The position numbers were made by a program, and so were the translations under genes. A stretch of DNA of 64,000 nt from Vulcanimicrobiota bacterium (GTDB lineage: Bacteria > Vulcanimicrobiota > Vulcanimicrobiia > Vulcanimicrobiales > Vulcanimicrobiaceae): positions 1 through 64,000 of the forward strand of contig CAVTCS010000003.1 in NCBI GenBank assembly GCA_963733295.1, given 5' to 3'. The notes below the pieces were generated by a model. The model did not search any database, was not told where the DNA came from, and saw nothing but the letters and a program-made list of their open reading frames with translations. Positions 60,009-64,000 of the stretch are shown here, piece by piece; position 1 is the first letter of the stretch; every line of letters begins with the position of its first letter.

Positions 60009-61285
60009 CCGAAACCGAAGCGCGCCGCGCGATCGACGCGGTGTGGCGCATCGAGTCGCCGCGGTTGATCGCCGCTCTTACGCGCATGGTGCGCGACGTC
60101 GGCGTCGCCGAAGATCTCGCACAGGACGCGCTCGTCGCGGCGCTCGAGCAATGGCCGGAGTCCGGCGTCCCTGCGAATCCCGGCGCGTGGCTCATGGCCG
60201 TTGCCAAGCGCCGCGCCATCGACCGTTTTCGCCGCGATGAGGTCGGCGAGCGCAAGCACGCGGAACTAGGTCTCGCGTTGCAGTCGAGATACGAGAGCGA
60301 CGCGGCGCAGTTCGACGCGGCACTCGACGACGATATCGGCGACGATCTATTGCGCCTCGTCTTCATCGCCTGCCATCCGCTCCTCGCCCAAGCTGCGCGC
60401 GTCGCGCTCACGCTTCGTCTCCTCGGCGGCCTAACGACGAGCGAGATCGCGCGAGCATTTTTCGCGCCGGAAGCGACGGTTGCGCAGCGGATCGTTCGCG
60501 CCAAACGTACTCTGACTGCCGCGCGGGTTCCGTTTGAAGTGCCGCGCGGCGCGGATCGCGCCGAGCGGCTCGCCTCGGTGCTCGAAGTTCTTTACCTGAT
60601 TTTCAACGAGGGTTATTGCGCTACGGCCGGCGAGGACTGGGTGCGCCCGGCCCTCTGCGAGGACGCTTTGCGCATGAGCCGCGTCGTTGCCGAGCTGATG
60701 CCGAACGAGCCCGAGGTGCACGGCCTCGTCGCACTGCTCGAAATACAAGCCTCCCGAATCGGCGCGCGAACGGCGCCGAACGGCGATCCGATCCTTTTGA
60801 TGGATCAGGATCGAACGCGCTGGAACCACGTGCTGATCGGGCGCGGGCTCAGCGCGCTCGAACGCGCGGAACGGCTCGGCGGCAGTCTTGGACCTTATGC
60901 CTTGCAGGCGGCGATCGCCGCTTGTCACGGCCGCGCCCGCACGCCCGAGGAAACCGATTGGCTGCGGATCGTGGCGCTTTACGACGCACTGTTGGAAGTG
61001 CTCCCGTCGCCGGTCGTCGCGCTCAATCGTGCTGTCGCCGTCGGGATCGGGTACGGTCCGGCAGCCGGGCTCGAAGCCGTCGACGAACTCCGCTCCGCCG
61101 GTGCGCTCGAGGGTTACTATTTGTTGTCGAGCGTCAGAGGCGAGCTGCTCTTGCGGCTCGGGCGCGCGGTCGAAGGCCGAGTCGAATTCGAGCGAGCCGC
61201 GCAACTCACCAACAATTCCAAAGAGCGTGCGCTTCTCTTGGCTCGCGCTGTCGATTCAGGCGACGCCCGTTCGACGTCTGGATAG
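60005..61285 (+). CDS. ECF sigma factor with C-terminal TPR-like extension (ECF42-type)
   Basis: AEDLAQDA, PGAWL, LRLVFIACHP, EIARAF..TVAQRIVRAK, YLIFNEGY and GPYALQAAIAACH. GTGA overlap with yciI. Confidence 0.88.
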   Translation: MTETEARRAIDAVWRIESPRLIAALTRMVRDVGVAEDLAQDALVAALEQWPESGVPANPGAWLMAVAKRRAIDRFRRDEVGERKHAELGLALQSRYESDAAQFDAALDDDIGDDLLRLVFIACHPLLAQAARVALTLRLLGGLTTSEIARAFFAPEATVAQRIVRAKRTLTAARVPFEVPRGADRAERLASVLEVLYLIFNEGYCATAGEDWVRPALCEDALRMSRVVAELMPNEPEVHGLVALLEIQASRIGARTAPNGDPILLMDQDRTRWNHVLIGRGLSALERAERLGGSLGPYALQAAIAACHGRARTPEETDWLRIVALYDALLEVLPSPVVALNRAVAVGIGYGPAAGLEAVDELRSAGALEGYYLLSSVRGELLLRLGRAVEGRVEFERAAQLTNNSKERALLLARAVDSGDARSTSG

Positions 61286-61324
61286 AAACCTCACACTCAC
61301 GCGTTAGACAGGAGCGGTCTCAAG

Positions 61325-61663
61325 ATGAAAATTCTCTCGATCTTCACGGTGGATCCGGCGTCGCTCAAGCCGCCGACTTCGGAGGCCATGGAACAGATGG
61401 GCGAGTTCGTCGAGGAGCTGAAGCGCAAAGGCGCGCTCATCGATACCGGCGGCGCGCTGGACGGCATGCTCGAAGTTAAGGTCGCACGCAAGGGCAAGAA
61501 GGACACGATTACGGACGGGCCGTTCGCCGAAGCGAAGGAAGTCGTCGGCGGTTTTGGCCTGCTCGAAGTCTCGGGTCGCGATGAGGCGATCGAGATCACG
61601 CTTCGATTCCTCGACCTCGTCGGTGACGCGACGTGCTACTTGCACGAGGTGAATTACGTCTGA
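61325..61663 (+). CDS. YciI/DGPF family protein
   Basis: AGGAG RBS and TDGPFAEAKEVVGGF. Confidence 0.85.
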   Translation: MKILSIFTVDPASLKPPTSEAMEQMGEFVEELKRKGALIDTGGALDGMLEVKVARKGKKDTITDGPFAEAKEVVGGFGLLEVSGRDEAIEITLRFLDLVGDATCYLHEVNYV

Positions 61664-61758
61664 GGTCATGCCGCCTCAGACCGCCGGAGCGGCGGGCGGC
61701 GTTCACCGAACTCGTGGGGAATACCCGCAAAGTGAAGCTTGCAAAAAAGCCGCTGCGG

Positions 61759-62382
61759 ATGCTACCGCTCCTTTGCTTGCTGCTCGCACCCGTTGCGGCT
61801 ACCGGCGCGCAAAGCCAGGCCGGCGTCGCGGTGATTCCGAGCCTGGTCGAGAAGGCGGCGCTCGCGTTCGCGGCCGAACTGCGCGGCGCGGTCGGGATGC
61901 AGCGGCACTTCTCAACGACGATCAAGGCAGGGCCCGTCACGCACAGCGAGACCAGCGAAAGCGGGATCCTCTTCAATAACGGTGTCTTCGTGAAGATCAA
62001 GTACTATCGAATCGCCGACGACGGCAAGGCTTTTTCGGCGGCGCAGATTCGGGCGCGCGAGTCACAAACGAATAAGGATTGGACTGCCGGGAAGATTTTC
62101 TTCAAAGAACCGTACGACAAACGCTACATGGGTAGACTACAGTTTCTCGAAGCCGCAAGCGTGCTCCGGTTGCCCGAGCGGCCTAGGCCTCGCGAGTCCA
62201 CTATCACGAGCGCGTTGCAAGACGTACAGCATGGCAACGGCATCATGTGGATCGACTCCGCGCGCGCTCGTGTCAGCGGAATTGATCTACACGACGAACG
62301 CGCTTCCTCCAGCGATAGCAGACCATCAGGGACGATTACCGAGGTTAGCTCGAATCCCGCGTCCGAGGTATCTGGTATGTAA
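61759..62382 (+). pseudogene. Secreted hypothetical protein, frameshifted after ~62130
   Basis: Signal peptide and clean coding sequence to EPYDKRYM. A plausible continuation DYSFSKPQACSGCP lies in another frame. End uncertain. Confidence 0.45.
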
Positions 62383-62713
62383 CGCGGATCGAGCGAAGCC
62401 GATCGTTTGCGATATCAGGGTCACGAATTCGTTGTCGGCGGACGCCCGGACGGTCGCAAAATTCAGCGTCAGCACGAAATCGACCGAATGCGGCGAGGTA
62501 TGCGAGCTTGGCGCAAGGCGAGGCGGCACCTGAAAGCCGGCACAGATTTACCCGGATAGAGGTTTGACGAACCGTGCTCGGCGGCAGTATTGGCGGCCCG
62601 GTTCCATACTGGGGAGCCAACTGGATTGTTTCGAAATCGAACCGGCCTAGCAATTCGGCTAGTGCGGGGCGCGGGGAAGTACTCGTCGTGACGCCAAGCA
62701 TATGGTCCCTAGC

Positions 62714-64000
62714 ATGATCACGCCGTCCGACCTCACGCCGATTCCACTCTTCGCAGCGCTTACGCCGGCGCAGATTGCGCGCATTGCGGGCCGCGCTGCC
62801 GACATCCGCGTCAATGCCGGCGAGTGGTTCGCGGCCGGAGGGCGATTCGGCCAATTTCTGGGCGCTCTTGGAGGGCGAAGTCGAAGCGCTGAAGACCGTC
62901 GGTGGCGTTTTGACCCAAGCGACCACCTTCGATCCCGGCGAGTACTTTGGTGAAGTTCCGCTCATTCTCGGCATGCCGGCCTTCGGTGGCTTGCGGGCGC
63001 TGAAGCCATCACGGCTGGCCTGTATCGATGGGAGCGACTTTCACGCGATGTTGATCGAGTCGCCCCAAGCCGCGACGATTCTCGGACAGTCCTTGGCTCG
63101 CCGCGTGAACTTCATTCGCGACGCATACGCAGCGGCCACGTTGACGCAAGCGACGATCATCGGCGACCCCTACAATTTCGCATGCCACGATCTGCGCGAC
63201 TTTCTCGCGCGCAATCAGATCGCGTTCGAGTGGCTCGACCCGACCGATCCGGGCGATAAGACCTGCTGCCCGCCTGAGGTCCTCGCGGCCGGCGACTACC
63301 CCGCAGTCGTCTTGTCCGACGGCCGCGTTCTGTATTCGCCAAGTCTGCGCCAACTCGCGGAAGGACTCAAACTCGATACGCATCCTTCCGGCGACGACTA
63401 CGATGTCGTGATCATCGGGGGCGGTCCAGCCGGTTTGGCGGCGGCGGTGTACGGCGGCTCGGAAGGGCTTCGAACGATGATGATCGAGCGCGAAGCGCCG
63501 GGCGGCCAAGCCGGGACGTCGTCGCGTATCGAGAACTATCTGGGCTTTCCCGGCGGAATTTCCGGAAGCGATCTCGCGAACCGGGCCTTTCGGCAAGCGA
63601 AGCGCTTCGGCACCGAAATCATCGTCACGCGCTGGGTCGAACAAGTCGATGCCACGCCGGACGGACACGTCGTCCGGCTCGACGGCGAGGACGCCGTGAA
63701 AACCAAGACGGTCGTCCTCGCGACCGGCGTCACCTGGCGCCGGCTCGAGGCCGAGGGCGCCGAACGGCTTGTCGGGCGCGGCGTCTACTATGGTGCCGCT
63801 CGAACCGAAGCGCTCAGTACTCGCGGTAAAGACATCTTCCTCATCGGAGGCGGAAACTCGGCGGGCCAGGCGGCAATGTTCTTTTCCAACTACGCGCGCA
63901 GCGTCACGTTGCTGATTCGCGGGACCTCACTCGAAAAGAGCATGTCGTCCTACCTCATCGAGCAGCTGCGCTCGAAGAAAAACATCGCCGTCGAAACCGA
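62714..64000 (+). CDS. cNMP-binding domain + thioredoxin-reductase-like FAD oxidoreductase (frameshift ~62835; runs off the window)
   Basis: IPLFAAL..GEWF, then in the shifted frame EGDSANFWALLEGEVE..PGEYFGE, DVVIIGGGPAGL, GGQAGTSSRIENYLGFP and IGGGNSAGQAA. Missed by the ORF track. Confidence 0.8.

Overview
This is a GC-rich bacterial chromosome segment. The gene content (four adenylate-cyclase/STAND-ATPase/TPR paralogues, many secreted beta-propellers, a red-type RuBisCO cbbR-cbbLSX locus) resembles soil Candidatus Eremiobacterota/Vulcanimicrobiota, but that assignment is inference. The left ~9 kb is an accessory integration hotspot. It holds a tRNA 3'-end fragment inside a ~160-bp att-like sequence that recurs, degenerate, 2.07 kb downstream, plus a decayed tyrosine integrase and an orphan aGPT-Pplase1-like DNA base-modification gene. 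It also holds a tight three-gene nuclease operon (domain-swapped DpnI-like, EVE/PUA-like+PD-(D/E)XK, HNH), which is the best candidate for an undescribed modification-sensing defence system. Other notable items: an orphan phage/eCIS tail-tube protein carrying a signal peptide and coupled to a secreted beta-propeller; a lipoxygenase converging on an atypical P450 plus cyclase-STAND gene; a cluster of intact, fused and decayed toxin-antitoxin modules; and stand-alone soxCD. Several single-base frameshifts (about 11.44, 24.52 and 62.1-62.85 kb) may be sequencing errors. No CRISPR array, rRNA or complete tRNA was found. All family assignments come from motif recognition by eye, not from database searches.
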